This document shows positions 1-10,122 of a DNA stretch of 64,000 nucleotides, piece by piece (position 1 is the stretch's first letter; every line of letters begins with the position of its first letter). Made by a program: the position numbers and the translations under genes. The stretch is from assembly GCA_944391585.1 (NCBI GenBank), contig CALXUD010000001.1, positions 6,385 to 70,384 on the forward strand, read 5' to 3'. The DNA comes from an uncultured Alphaproteobacteria bacterium. Lineage in GTDB: Bacteria; Pseudomonadota; Alphaproteobacteria; CAAHEQ01; UBA3637. Under the pieces are notes generated by a model, which worked only from the letters and a program-made list of their open reading frames with translations, was not told where the DNA came from and made no database searches.

Positions 1-22
1 TTTTGTGAAGGGAATATTTTAA

Positions 23-3000
23 ATGCGGCGTGTTGTAAAAGCTTCAAAAAAAACGGCTCAATTGATTTTGAAAATCATTCAGATTTTTGTGGCTTTATTA
101 GTTATTGTTTTGGGATTTGCGTTTTGGAAATTATCAATTTCTCCCATAAATGTGGATGAATGGGTTCCGGATATTGCACAGCATTTATTGCCGGCAGAAT
201 CTCAATTGGTATTGCAGACAAAAGGCGCTTTTTTAAAGACAGGTTTTAATAAAAACGGGATTTTTCAAATTACGATTGATGAATTAACTTTATCGCAAAA
301 AGATGGCACTGTTTTAACGCGGTTGCCGGCTGTTCATATGGTTTACAGTTTGCGGAAACTACTCACTTTAGATTATATTCCAAACACTTTGGTGATTCAA
401 AAACCGACAATTCAATTTGTGATTGATCCGCAAGGGCGTTGGATGTTTCAGCCCAATCATAAGCAAGGTGCTAAAAGCGATGCTGAAATTCAGGCCGATT
501 TGGAACGTGCGGCGCAACCGGCCTCTTCTTTTAATATATCTAAAGAGAGTATACGTCAGATTATCGGTTATTTTCTTTCCTTTAATCGGATTGAAATTCA
601 GGAAGGAGAAATTTTGTTAGATGATCAGCAAAAACACAAAACAATCAGTATCCCATCATTTGATTTATCGTTAGAAAAGTCAAAAAAAGGTTTGTTTGTC
701 TTGGATATAAAATCTGTTGTACATGCACAGGATATTTTTGCAAATTTAGGAATGCATGCCGTATTGGATAAAAAGAATCAGCAGATGCCGTTTGACATTT
801 ATTTTGATTCAGTGGATGTGGCTTCATTTTCTGAATTGATGCCGATGTTAGATGATATTAAACTGATGGTTAAGGGTAATATTTCCGGACAATTGGATTT
901 AAATGAAAACAAAGAAAAGTGGCAAGATATTATTTCAAAATTATCTTTTAAGTTTCAAAATCAGGGAACGGGAAGTGTTAGTTTGCCGGCACCGTTGACG
1001 AATTTATATCCGGTTCAATCCTTTTTGATTCAAGGGAAATTTGATTCAAATTTTAAATCTATTAAGATTTCGGAGTCAGTTATTACATTAACGAGTGGGC
1101 CTGTGGCGGATGTTGAAGTTGATGTCAATGGAATTGATCTCTTCTTAAATACAGGAGATTTAAATCAAATTCAAACGACGTTAAAAGCGCGCGTGACACA
1201 AGCCTTAATTGAGCAAGTGCCGGATGTTTGGCCGTCGGCTTTGGGACCGGATGCACATGCATGGGTAAAGGAAAATTTATCCGAAGGAGCGGTGGATTTA
1301 GCCTTGTTTACGCTTTATTTTAAAGGAGCGGAACTGGTGGATTTAAAAGGCGATATTGATGTGTCCGGTGTGCGGGTAGATTATTTGAATCCGATGCCGG
1401 CTGTTGAAGCTGTCAAAGGAAAGGTTTATTTATATCCGGATAAAGTGGAAATTTTCGCTGATCAAGGGTATGTGCAGGGAATTCAATTAAAAAAAGCAGC
1501 TCTTTATTTGACGGATTTAAATAACACGGGGTTAGCCGATATTCAAATTCAAGCAGAGGGACCTGTTCAAGAGGTAATGGCATTGATTGATTCAGAACCT
1601 TTGGGCTTTGCCAAAATGTTTAATTTGGATCCAATGCAGACAGGTGGAGCGGGGCTTGTGAATTTAACATTACAATTCCCGTTTGATGAAAATTTGCAAA
1701 TGAATGATGTGAAAACAAATGTATCAGCTCAGATTACAGACGGAGTTTTTCCTTTACCTTTTAATGGACAGCATATTACACAGGGCGACTTTGATTTAAC
1801 GGTTAATAATGAAGCTTTGAAATTAACCGGAACAGCTCTTTGGGGAACGCATTCGCTAAAAATTGCATGGGATGAATTTTTTAGTCCGTTAAATGAAGGA
1901 AAAGAAAAAATCAAAACAAAGTATGTGGTTTCCGGAATCATTGCGGATGATGTTTTAACGCCGTTTTATGCCGATATTACGGATTATGTGAAAGGGGATA
2001 TCGGGTTAAATTTAATGTTAAGCGAGAACACACAGGAAAAAATGACGATTGATTTACAAGTTGATTTGAAAAATGCATTGGTACAGCTTTATCCGATTTC
2101 TTTAAAAAAACCGCTTGGAATTCCGATGAATGTGGATGTAGACTTCGGTTTATTAAAAGAGCAGCTGATATATCCGGTTGTTTTCAAAACAACCGGTGCG
2201 CAAGGTATGCAGATTGATGGTGAATTAGATTTATCTGCCGGTTTTATGTTGGATTTGAAAAAAGTGAAGAGCAAGGAAAACGATTTTAAAGGAAAAATTG
2301 CTCAACAGAAAAATGGCAATGTATCCGTGATTTTATCCGGTACACGATTGAATATGATGCATATAAAAGAAATGCCATTATTTAAAAACGTGAAAAAAGA
2401 AGAAGGAAATGTATATATTCCGAATGCACAAGCGACGCCACCAGATATTGAGTTGGATATTCAGCTGGATGATTTTTATATGACGCCTGATAAACCTGTA
2501 AAAAATGTGGTAATCCAAGGGCATCGGAAAGGATATTATTGGCAGGATTTATCTGCACACTTAGAAGCGGCAGAACCGTTTGATTTGACCTTTACACCTG
2601 AAACGCGGACATTGAAAGCGCAAACCAGGGATATGGGGGATTTAATTAACCGTTTGGGCGGAACAGATCGATTGACCGGCGGCTGGCTTTATATTTTAGC
2701 TTCTCAACCAAACACAGGTGGTTTTAAAGGAGAAGTCAGTGCAAAAAACTTTGATTTAAAAGATATGGGTTTTTTCACGCAAGCATTAACAATTTTAGGG
2801 ATTGTAGATGCGATTCGAGGAAAAGAAATGAATTTTAAAAAAGCAGTTATTCCTTTTGAATTAACACCCTATCAAACATTATTTATCAATGAGGGATATG
2901 CCAACGGAACGGCTGTCGGGATTACATTTGGGGGGCGGATTTCTTTTGATAGTGTTCAATTAGATGGTTCGGTTATTCCGGCTTATGCCATCAATTCATT

Positions 3001-3163
3001 GCCGGGAAAAATTCCGTTCATTGGGCGGTTATTTAAAGATGGCGATGGAGGTGGATTGATGGGATTACGTTATGAAATAACAGGAACTCCCGGAAATAGT
3101 CAAACATCGTTTAACCCCTTATCCTCTTTAGCTCCGGGGATTTTAGGTAAGTTATTTAATTGA
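23..3163 (+). CDS. Large inner-membrane-anchored AsmA-like/YhdP-family (DUF3971-type) protein, 1046 aa
   Basis: N-terminal TM helix after a basic stretch (KIIQIFVALLVIVLGFAFW). About 1000 aa of mostly beta-rich periplasmic sequence. Gly-rich C-terminus (GGGLMGLRYEITGTPG) typical of the AsmA/YhdP family. Family call is from pattern recognition only. Confidence 0.45.
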   Translation: MRRVVKASKKTAQLILKIIQIFVALLVIVLGFAFWKLSISPINVDEWVPDIAQHLLPAESQLVLQTKGAFLKTGFNKNGIFQITIDELTLSQKDGTVLTRLPAVHMVYSLRKLLTLDYIPNTLVIQKPTIQFVIDPQGRWMFQPNHKQGAKSDAEIQADLERAAQPASSFNISKESIRQIIGYFLSFNRIEIQEGEILLDDQQKHKTISIPSFDLSLEKSKKGLFVLDIKSVVHAQDIFANLGMHAVLDKKNQQMPFDIYFDSVDVASFSELMPMLDDIKLMVKGNISGQLDLNENKEKWQDIISKLSFKFQNQGTGSVSLPAPLTNLYPVQSFLIQGKFDSNFKSIKISESVITLTSGPVADVEVDVNGIDLFLNTGDLNQIQTTLKARVTQALIEQVPDVWPSALGPDAHAWVKENLSEGAVDLALFTLYFKGAELVDLKGDIDVSGVRVDYLNPMPAVEAVKGKVYLYPDKVEIFADQGYVQGIQLKKAALYLTDLNNTGLADIQIQAEGPVQEVMALIDSEPLGFAKMFNLDPMQTGGAGLVNLTLQFPFDENLQMNDVKTNVSAQITDGVFPLPFNGQHITQGDFDLTVNNEALKLTGTALWGTHSLKIAWDEFFSPLNEGKEKIKTKYVVSGIIADDVLTPFYADITDYVKGDIGLNLMLSENTQEKMTIDLQVDLKNALVQLYPISLKKPLGIPMNVDVDFGLLKEQLIYPVVFKTTGAQGMQIDGELDLSAGFMLDLKKVKSKENDFKGKIAQQKNGNVSVILSGTRLNMMHIKEMPLFKNVKKEEGNVYIPNAQATPPDIELDIQLDDFYMTPDKPVKNVVIQGHRKGYYWQDLSAHLEAAEPFDLTFTPETRTLKAQTRDMGDLINRLGGTDRLTGGWLYILASQPNTGGFKGEVSAKNFDLKDMGFFTQALTILGIVDAIRGKEMNFKKAVIPFELTPYQTLFINEGYANGTAVGITFGGRISFDSVQLDGSVIPAYAINSLPGKIPFIGRLFKDGDGGGLMGLRYEITGTPGNSQTSFNPLSSLAPGILGKLFN

Positions 3164-3165
3164 AA

Positions 3166-6100
3166 TTATTTCAATTTTAAAAATGTATCTGCAATAATTT
3201 TACTCGTTTTTTCCCAAGAAAATTGAGCGCTTTGCTCTTCAGCTTTGGCTAAAAGGCGTTTGCGAACGGCCGGTTTTTGATACAGTGTTTCCAGCGCGCT
3301 TGTTGTTTCTGATATTTTTTGACCGGAAATATAAAGAGCGGCTTTCCCGGCAACTTCAGGCAAGGAAGTGTTATTAGAGCAGATAACAGCTGTTTTGCAG
3401 CAAAGAGCTTCTAAAACAGGTAAGCCAAAACCTTCATATAAACTGGGGAAAACAAAGGCCAGTGTACCGCTGTAAAGCGCCGGTAAATCTTCTTCTTTAA
3501 TAAAACCGGTAAAGATGATTTGAGAGCGATAAAGTTTTAATGTTTTTTTAAAATCAGCCAATTTCGTGTTATTTAAGTAATGTGGACCGGCTAAAACCAA
3601 GCTGATATCTTTTGCTTTTGTTTTCTTTAAAAATTGAATAAACGCACGGATTAAATGTTCAATGTTTTTGCGTGGCATATTATCAGATAATGTTAAAAAG
3701 TATTTCGGAGTTGTGATATGATATGTTTTTTTAACGGCTAAAATTTCCGCTTCTTGACGAGGGGTAAAATGTGAGTCCGCACCTAAATAGGAAACAACGG
3801 TTTTTTCTTTAGGATAATCGGTGCGGTAATTTAAAAAGTCCGTTTGTGAAAAAACAGAATTGAAAATCAAAAAGTCGGCATGCAATTCATCAATCCATTT
3901 TTTATGGTGTTTTTGTGCTTGTGGAATGGTGTAAAGAAGATTCGGAATACGGACGGCAAAGATATCATGGACAAAGCTGACGGTCTTTAGTCCACTTTTA
4001 TACACAATATCTGCAATTGGGAAAAATGTGCTGAAAAAAATACGATATGATTTTAAACATGTGATTTGTTCGGCTGAAAGTGTTTGAGTAATGTGATTGG
4101 GATTAACGGCTTGTTCAAACAAACTCGGCATTAAGACCAACTTGCCCGCCAAGTATTCTAAATTGTTTTCAATCAAGAAGGAAGTTGGATTAAATGTAGG
4201 TGTGGAAATAAGCAAGGAAACATCTAAACGCGTATCGCGAGATAATCCTTTTAATAAATTTAGGCCCACCCGATAGAGCCCCGTTTTTTGTGGTAATGTG
4301 AAAATAGAGGCATCAAACAAAATTTTTACCGGCGCCGAGATAGATGGCGTTTTTTTATTTTGTTTTAAAGAGGTTGTTAAATTGGTAAGATTTTTTATTT
4401 CATGGCGCAAGGCTGTTATATTTTGAATTTGTTGTTGTCGAACCAATTGTTGAAAAGAATTGAAAGTTGGGTAAAGCTGATTCATTTTTTGCAGATATTG
4501 CTGAAACAGAGGATGGTTATAAATTGCCATCGGATTATCAACTTGAGTCAGATTGATTAAAATCGGATCAGCGTGGCGGTAGATGTCTTCTGGGGTATGT
4601 TGATAAATAGGCAGTAACGCATTCAAAAAGGCAGAAGTAATTGCAGGCTTTAAATTAGCAGCTTGTGGCAGATAAGTGATATTTTGGTTAAAAATAAAAT
4701 TAAAAGCAGATTGGTCGGAGCCGTTGATTTTAGCTTCATAAGTTCGCCGTAATTTGAGTTTGAGGGTAATTTCATCTTGACGCATTTTCTTTAAATTTAA
4801 AACCATCATATCATCATTAAAATAAGATTTTAAGTTGAGTTTATGATGCGTCAAGTTTTTCATCTTTTCTAAATCTTTAACAACGGCCGCATATGTTTTT
4901 TTTAGCGGTGTTTGGTATAAATCAGTTAAGTCATCTTGCGCTAATAAGGAGCTGTTTAAATAAATTACTTTATCTAACGGTTTAAGTAATGTCGGTAAAT
5001 CAAATTTTAAAATGGTTTGGGGTGTAATTGTTAATTGGGTTTGAAAAGGCGGTTGGTTTAAGAAAGTAATATCCACTGCGTCTGAAACCAATTTTTTAAA
5101 TTCAGCTTGTGTTTCCGGCATTAAGTTTACGCCGATGATATAAATATGATAGCGTGTTTCGGGTCGTTTATACATCAACAAAGAGAAAAGCGATACTTGC
5201 GTTGAGAGAATGGATTGATAATCCAATAGGTAAACAATAGGAATGGCTTTAGGATTGGGTTTTTGTTTTAAAATCGTTAAAGGCCCCGGCACATGTCCCA
5301 GCAGATTTAAAACAGCTTGCGGAATTTTGGGCAGATAGCGAATAAATTCTTGAGTGAGAGGTTGTAATGGGTTACTCCATGGTTTTTGATCGGCATTAAA
5401 ATGAAGGATAAATGGGTGTTTTAAATCGGCTTGAAAGGCTTTCTTAAGATATTGCGGAAAATACTTGATTTGGGGGTGAGAATTAAAAGCGGTTTGGACA
5501 TTCCAACGCGTGTTTAAATAATAGGTTTGATTTTCAAAGACCAAATTAAATAAATCTGTTGCGGATAAATTCAATCCTTTGAACATTGTCAGTATCTTTT
5601 TTTGAAGATCCATGATTTTATATTCATCCATGCGACGGATGTTCATGACTAAAACGCCGGTATTGAAATAGTGGTGTGGATTAAATAAATTAAGTTGCAA
5701 TAAACGATTAAAAGTATTTTGTTTTAATTTTAAATCCGTTGCATTTAATAAAGCTTGAAGAGGCGTATCCAAAGCAGCGGCTATCAGGTATTTTTTTATC
5801 CGCGTTTTATAGAGATTAGCGATGTTTGTTTTAATTAAAATATCCGTATCCAAACAAATGACTTTAGAATAATATTGAAAAATTTCGGGAATAAAAAATT
5901 TATAAAAAGTCGAGCGTTGATTAGTGCGGCGTGCATAATCTTGAACAAAGGGATAGCGGTTGAAAAAGTAAGACACGTTATAAAATCGGATTTGCACATT
6001 TTTATTGTTCCGAATTAACTCTTTAAATGTGGTTTGATATCGATTCAATAAATTTTCATGTAAAATAACAATATCATAATGATGGAAGGTATCAATATGT

Positions 6101-7314
6101 TCCAATAATGATTTAAGTGTAATCATTAAAATAGGCGCATCAGTTTCTCCAACGGAAAAAACAAGCGGAATATTATGTGTTAATGTCGTCGGTTTTGGAA
6201 ATTCCTGCAATAATGGATTCTTCTTCATAAAATCAAGTATCTGAACAGCCTGTCGATGAATATCGGTTAAAATACGCGGCAGGTATCGGATAAACAGAGC
6301 ACTTTTTTGAAAGGTTGATGGACGTAGTGGATCTCCATGGAATAAATCCGGTCTGAAATAACGAGCATAGTTATAGGGAAAGCCTTTGAATTTTTCACCG
6401 ACTTCAATGGCATGGTCATTTCTCAATCGGGACAGATTTAATTCAGAATGATGAATTAAATTATGCAAGTATTTTTGATATAAATTATAAAACGGTCGGA
6501 TATTGGAAATCAGCATAAAACGTTTTAAGCAATTGAGTGTTAAACGTAGCTGTGCCTTTTCAAAGAAATAACGCATGTTAACAGCGTTGGGATGTGTTTC
6601 AAATTGTGTCTTTAATACCTCAAAAGCGGTAAACATTTGTGGATATGTTTTGTTATCCCAACTGAGAGATTTTTTGTTGCCAACTCTATAATAATACAAG
6701 CATTCATCTAAATGAATTATTGTGCGTGCTAATGCTAACGCTGGTAAAGTGAGGCCCAAGTCAGTCGCATAAAAGAAACCGTCCGAAAAAGAAAGTTTGT
6801 TTTGTGTGATTAAATCTTTTTTAAACAGTTTGGCAAAAGCATGAACGGGAACCGCCGCTAAAATATTTTCTGTTTGTGCAGACAAGGGAGTTGGTAAAAC
6901 GGAGGGTAATTTTTCTTCCCCTAAACGAGGCGTGTTAGCCATATTCCCGGTATAATGAAAAGAATCAAAGCACACAATATCTGCATTTGTTTTTACGGCT
7001 TGTTCATAAGCAGTTTTAAGCATATCTTTATGACAAATATCATCCGCATCCACAAAACACAGATAATTCCCGGTTGATTTTTGAATGCCGACATTGCGGG
7101 CAACACCGGGGCCTTGATGTTTTTGGGTAAAAATTTTTAAGCGTTTATCTTTCGTGGAAAAACGTTTTAACAGGGCGTATGTGTTATCCGTTGAGCCGTC
7201 ATCAATGCACAAAATTTCAATGTCTTTAAATGATTGTGTTTGAAGTGAAGAAAGACATTTTTCCAAATAAACAGCGGCATTATAAATTGGAACAATAACT
7301 GAAATTTTGGGCAA
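3166..7314 (-). CDS. Giant multi-domain glycosyltransferase: N-terminal GT2, central GT8-like module(s), C-terminal GT4 (group-1), 1382 aa
   Basis: N-terminus 'ISVIVPIYNAAVYLEKCLSSLQTQSFKDIEILCIDDGSTDNT...DADD' is a GT2 signature with DxD. Middle has 'HYFNTGVLVMNIRRMDEY' and 'DTDILIK', GT8-like. C-terminus 'EGFGLPVLEALCCKTAVICSNNTSLPEVAG' is a GT1/GT4 motif. Confidence 0.7.
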   Translation of the reverse strand: MPKISVIVPIYNAAVYLEKCLSSLQTQSFKDIEILCIDDGSTDNTYALLKRFSTKDKRLKIFTQKHQGPGVARNVGIQKSTGNYLCFVDADDICHKDMLKTAYEQAVKTNADIVCFDSFHYTGNMANTPRLGEEKLPSVLPTPLSAQTENILAAVPVHAFAKLFKKDLITQNKLSFSDGFFYATDLGLTLPALALARTIIHLDECLYYYRVGNKKSLSWDNKTYPQMFTAFEVLKTQFETHPNAVNMRYFFEKAQLRLTLNCLKRFMLISNIRPFYNLYQKYLHNLIHHSELNLSRLRNDHAIEVGEKFKGFPYNYARYFRPDLFHGDPLRPSTFQKSALFIRYLPRILTDIHRQAVQILDFMKKNPLLQEFPKPTTLTHNIPLVFSVGETDAPILMITLKSLLEHIDTFHHYDIVILHENLLNRYQTTFKELIRNNKNVQIRFYNVSYFFNRYPFVQDYARRTNQRSTFYKFFIPEIFQYYSKVICLDTDILIKTNIANLYKTRIKKYLIAAALDTPLQALLNATDLKLKQNTFNRLLQLNLFNPHHYFNTGVLVMNIRRMDEYKIMDLQKKILTMFKGLNLSATDLFNLVFENQTYYLNTRWNVQTAFNSHPQIKYFPQYLKKAFQADLKHPFILHFNADQKPWSNPLQPLTQEFIRYLPKIPQAVLNLLGHVPGPLTILKQKPNPKAIPIVYLLDYQSILSTQVSLFSLLMYKRPETRYHIYIIGVNLMPETQAEFKKLVSDAVDITFLNQPPFQTQLTITPQTILKFDLPTLLKPLDKVIYLNSSLLAQDDLTDLYQTPLKKTYAAVVKDLEKMKNLTHHKLNLKSYFNDDMMVLNLKKMRQDEITLKLKLRRTYEAKINGSDQSAFNFIFNQNITYLPQAANLKPAITSAFLNALLPIYQHTPEDIYRHADPILINLTQVDNPMAIYNHPLFQQYLQKMNQLYPTFNSFQQLVRQQQIQNITALRHEIKNLTNLTTSLKQNKKTPSISAPVKILFDASIFTLPQKTGLYRVGLNLLKGLSRDTRLDVSLLISTPTFNPTSFLIENNLEYLAGKLVLMPSLFEQAVNPNHITQTLSAEQITCLKSYRIFFSTFFPIADIVYKSGLKTVSFVHDIFAVRIPNLLYTIPQAQKHHKKWIDELHADFLIFNSVFSQTDFLNYRTDYPKEKTVVSYLGADSHFTPRQEAEILAVKKTYHITTPKYFLTLSDNMPRKNIEHLIRAFIQFLKKTKAKDISLVLAGPHYLNNTKLADFKKTLKLYRSQIIFTGFIKEEDLPALYSGTLAFVFPSLYEGFGLPVLEALCCKTAVICSNNTSLPEVAGKAALYISGQKISETTSALETLYQKPAVRKRLLAKAEEQSAQFSWEKTSKIIADTFLKLK

Positions 7315-7454
7315 TTTTAAATTTCTCCTTTTCCCTTTTTTGGGATTTTTAGGATATCGGAATTTGCTTCAAAAATCAAGTTTCTTTTCCATGTTTTAAA
7401 AAGAATATAAAAAAGCACAAAAAATGAAAAGTTATGCTTGCATATTTGAGTAAA

Positions 7455-7469
7455 TTAAAATATGGTTAA
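7455..7469 (+). promoter_or_regulatory. CtrA-box-like motif TTAA-N7-TTAA upstream of ctrA
   Basis: ttaaAATATGGttaa lies about 30 nt upstream of the ctrA start. It matches the alphaproteobacterial CtrA consensus TTAA-N7-TTAA. Confidence 0.4.
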
Positions 7470-7500
7470 TTTATGGATTGAATTTTTTTATGAGGTTATG

Positions 7501-8205
7501 ATGCGTGTTTTGTTAATTGAAGATGATAAGGCGATGAGTCAAAATATCGCTTTGATCTTGAAAAAAGAAGGGATGGTTGTGGATGTGTCGGCTTTGGGGG
7601 AAGATGGGTTGGAAGTCGGCAAATTATACGATTATGACATTGTGATTTTGGATTTGAAATTACCGGATATGGATGGGTTGGATGTGTTAAAACATTTGCG
7701 AGCCTCCAACATTAATACGCCGGTATTGATTTTGTCCGGATTAAATTCTCCGGATAAAAAAGTGTCAGGCTTATGCTGTGGAGCTGATGATTATTTAACA
7801 AAGCCGTTCGATCGCAGTGAATTGATTGCTCGCGTAAATGCAATTGTGCGCCGAGCAAAAGGCCATGCAGATCCGATTGTGCGCACCGGGTTGTTGGAAG
7901 TGAACTTAAACACTAAAGTTGTAACCGTTAATGGAAAGGTCGTTCATTTAACCGGAAAGGAATATGCTTTATTGGAATTATTATCTTTACGCAAAGGAAT
8001 TACGTTAAATAAAGAACAATTTTTAAATCACTTATATGGTGGTATGGATGAACCGGAGATGAAAATCATTGATGTTTTTATGTGTAAAATGCGTAAAAAA
8101 TTGATGAAATTAACGGGTGGTATTGACTACATTCAAACGGTGTGGGGGCGTGGTTATATTTTGCAAGATATCGTTCCTGAACCGATTGTTAAAAAGAAAA
8201 AATAA
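7501..8205 (+). CDS. ctrA: Cell-cycle response regulator CtrA (OmpR family)
   Basis: MRVLLIEDD...[19 protein letters not shown]...INTP.LILSG......KV......GADDY.TKPF...E..AR..A.VRR.KGH... is near-identical in pattern to Caulobacter/Rickettsia CtrA. GAGG RBS lies upstream of the ATG at 7501. The ORF track's 7462 start is a longer upstream extension. Confidence 0.9.
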   Translation: MRVLLIEDDKAMSQNIALILKKEGMVVDVSALGEDGLEVGKLYDYDIVILDLKLPDMDGLDVLKHLRASNINTPVLILSGLNSPDKKVSGLCCGADDYLTKPFDRSELIARVNAIVRRAKGHADPIVRTGLLEVNLNTKVVTVNGKVVHLTGKEYALLELLSLRKGITLNKEQFLNHLYGGMDEPEMKIIDVFMCKMRKKLMKLTGGIDYIQTVWGRGYILQDIVPEPIVKKKK

Positions 8206-8242
8206 AACTATTTTTCGGTTTTTCTTCGTTTTAAATAAGCCT

Positions 8243-8270
8243 TGATTTTTTAAGGGTTTTGATGTATAAT
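8243..8270 (+). promoter_or_regulatory. Sigma70-like promoter for typA (TTGATT-N16-TATAAT)
   Basis: -35 ttgatt at 8243-8248 and -10 tataat at 8265-8270, 34 nt upstream of typA. Confidence 0.4.
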
Positions 8271-8303
8271 CCCGCCTAAATTTTTAGAAAAAGGAATTTC
8301 AGT

Positions 8304-10121
8304 ATGCATCAAAATATCAGAAACATTGCGATTATCGCACACGTTGACCATGGTAAAACCACATTTGTAGATGCTTTTTTAAAGCAAAGTGGTGTTTTTC
8401 GGGATAATCAGCAGGTGGTAACCTGTGTAATGGATTCCGGCGATTTGGAACGTGAACGTGGCATTACGATTTTAGCCAAGTGTACGTCCGTTGAATGGGG
8501 AGGGTATCGCATTAACATTGTGGATACGCCGGGACACGCCGATTTTGGAGGCGAAGTAGAACGAATTTTATCTATGGTAGATGGGGTAATTGTGTTGGTT
8601 GATGCCGCAGAAGGCCCTTTACCCCAAACAAAATTTGTGGTGGGAAAGGCTTTAAAATTGGGTTTGCGTCCGATTGTGGTGATTAATAAAATTGATCGAC
8701 CGGATGCCAGACCAATTGAAGTGCATAATGAAATTTTTGATTTATTTGCTGATTTGGGTGCAACGGATGAACAATTAGATTTTCCGACATTATTTGCCAG
8801 TGGTCGTGAAGGGTGGGCAGTTAATGATTTAGCTGATGAACGCGTGGATATTAAACCCTTATTTAATAAAATTATTGAACACGTTCCGGCGCCAAAAGTC
8901 AATGAAAACGAACCATTTAAAATGTTGGTAACAACGTTGGAAGCAGATCCGTTTGTCGGTCGTGTTTTAACAGGGCGTGTGATGTCCGGTAAATTAAAAG
9001 TAAATACGATGATTAAAGCATTAGGACGTGATAACAGTGTTTTGGAAACGGCGCGGGCCAGCAAAATTATGGCATTTCGCGGGTTGAAACGCACGGCAAT
9101 TGAAGAAGCGATTGCGGGTGATATTGTCAGTATTGCCGGTTTTACCAAAGCAACGGTAGCAGATACGTTATGTGCCCCAGAGGTGATGGAATGTATTCCT
9201 TCTCAACCGATTGATCCTCCGACTTTGGCAATGACATTCTCGGTAAATACATCGCCGTTGGCCGGAACCGAAGGAGATAAAGTGACATCTCGAATGATTT
9301 GGGATCGCTTGGAAAAAGAAGTGGAAGGAAACGTGGCTTTGAAAATTTCCAAAACAGATGCGACTGATTCCTTTGAAGTGGCCGGACGCGGTGAATTGCA
9401 GTTGGGTATTTTGATTGAAACAATGCGGCGGGAAGGGTTTGAATTATCTATTTCACGCCCTCGTGTTTTATTTCATGAAGAAAATGGTCAAAAAATGGAG
9501 CCCGCCGAAGAAGTGACGGTTGATGTAGATGATCAGTATTCCGGCGTGGTAGTGGAAAAAATGAGTTTGCGTAAAGCTGAATTGATGCAGATGATTCCGT
9601 CCAACGGCAAAACACGATTGATTTTTATTGCACCGTCTCGGGGACTTATCGGATATCATAGCGAGTTTTTAACAGATACGTGCGGAACGGGTGTTTTAAA
9701 CCGTATCTTCCACAGCTATATCCCTTATAAGGGCCCAATTGCAGGGCGTAGAAACGGGGTCTTGATTTCAACGGAAGCGGGAAAGGCAGTTCCTTATGCG
9801 CTTTGGAAAATTCAAGAACGTGGCCCCTTGTTTATTCCGGCTGGTGTGCAGGTGTATGCCGGTATGATTATCGGAGCGAATGCCAAATCCGGTGATATTG
9901 AAGTGAATCCGATTAAGGGAAAGCAGTTGACAAATATGCGGGCAGCTGGTAAAGATGAAGCTGTGACGTTATATCCGCCGGTGCAAATGTCTTTGGAAGC
10001 ATCATTGGCGTATATTGAAGATGATGAATTGGTGGAAGTAACGCCGAAAACAATTCGGTTACGCAAAAAATTGTTAGATTCTAACGACAGACGAAAAGCC
10101 GAACGCAAGAAAGAAGAGTAA
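8304..10121 (+). CDS. typA: Translational GTPase TypA/BipA
   Basis: AIIAHVDHGKTT, DTPGHADF, NKID G-motifs. 605 aa with full-length TypA/BipA architecture. Confidence 0.93.
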   Translation: MHQNIRNIAIIAHVDHGKTTFVDAFLKQSGVFRDNQQVVTCVMDSGDLERERGITILAKCTSVEWGGYRINIVDTPGHADFGGEVERILSMVDGVIVLVDAAEGPLPQTKFVVGKALKLGLRPIVVINKIDRPDARPIEVHNEIFDLFADLGATDEQLDFPTLFASGREGWAVNDLADERVDIKPLFNKIIEHVPAPKVNENEPFKMLVTTLEADPFVGRVLTGRVMSGKLKVNTMIKALGRDNSVLETARASKIMAFRGLKRTAIEEAIAGDIVSIAGFTKATVADTLCAPEVMECIPSQPIDPPTLAMTFSVNTSPLAGTEGDKVTSRMIWDRLEKEVEGNVALKISKTDATDSFEVAGRGELQLGILIETMRREGFELSISRPRVLFHEENGQKMEPAEEVTVDVDDQYSGVVVEKMSLRKAELMQMIPSNGKTRLIFIAPSRGLIGYHSEFLTDTCGTGVLNRIFHSYIPYKGPIAGRRNGVLISTEAGKAVPYALWKIQERGPLFIPAGVQVYAGMIIGANAKSGDIEVNPIKGKQLTNMRAAGKDEAVTLYPPVQMSLEASLAYIEDDELVEVTPKTIRLRKKLLDSNDRRKAERKKEE

Positions 10122-10122
10122 A

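Noticed and set aside
8408-9148. 246-aa ORF on the minus strand inside typA, and similar antisense ORFs inside dnaK (15824-16398), dnaX (22100-22496) and virB10 (53721-54389, 222 aa)
   Set aside because: They lie entirely within well-supported conserved genes on the opposite strand. Their composition is typical of shadow ORFs (Ser/Pro/Thr-rich antisense of G/V/D-rich coding). No RBS seen.
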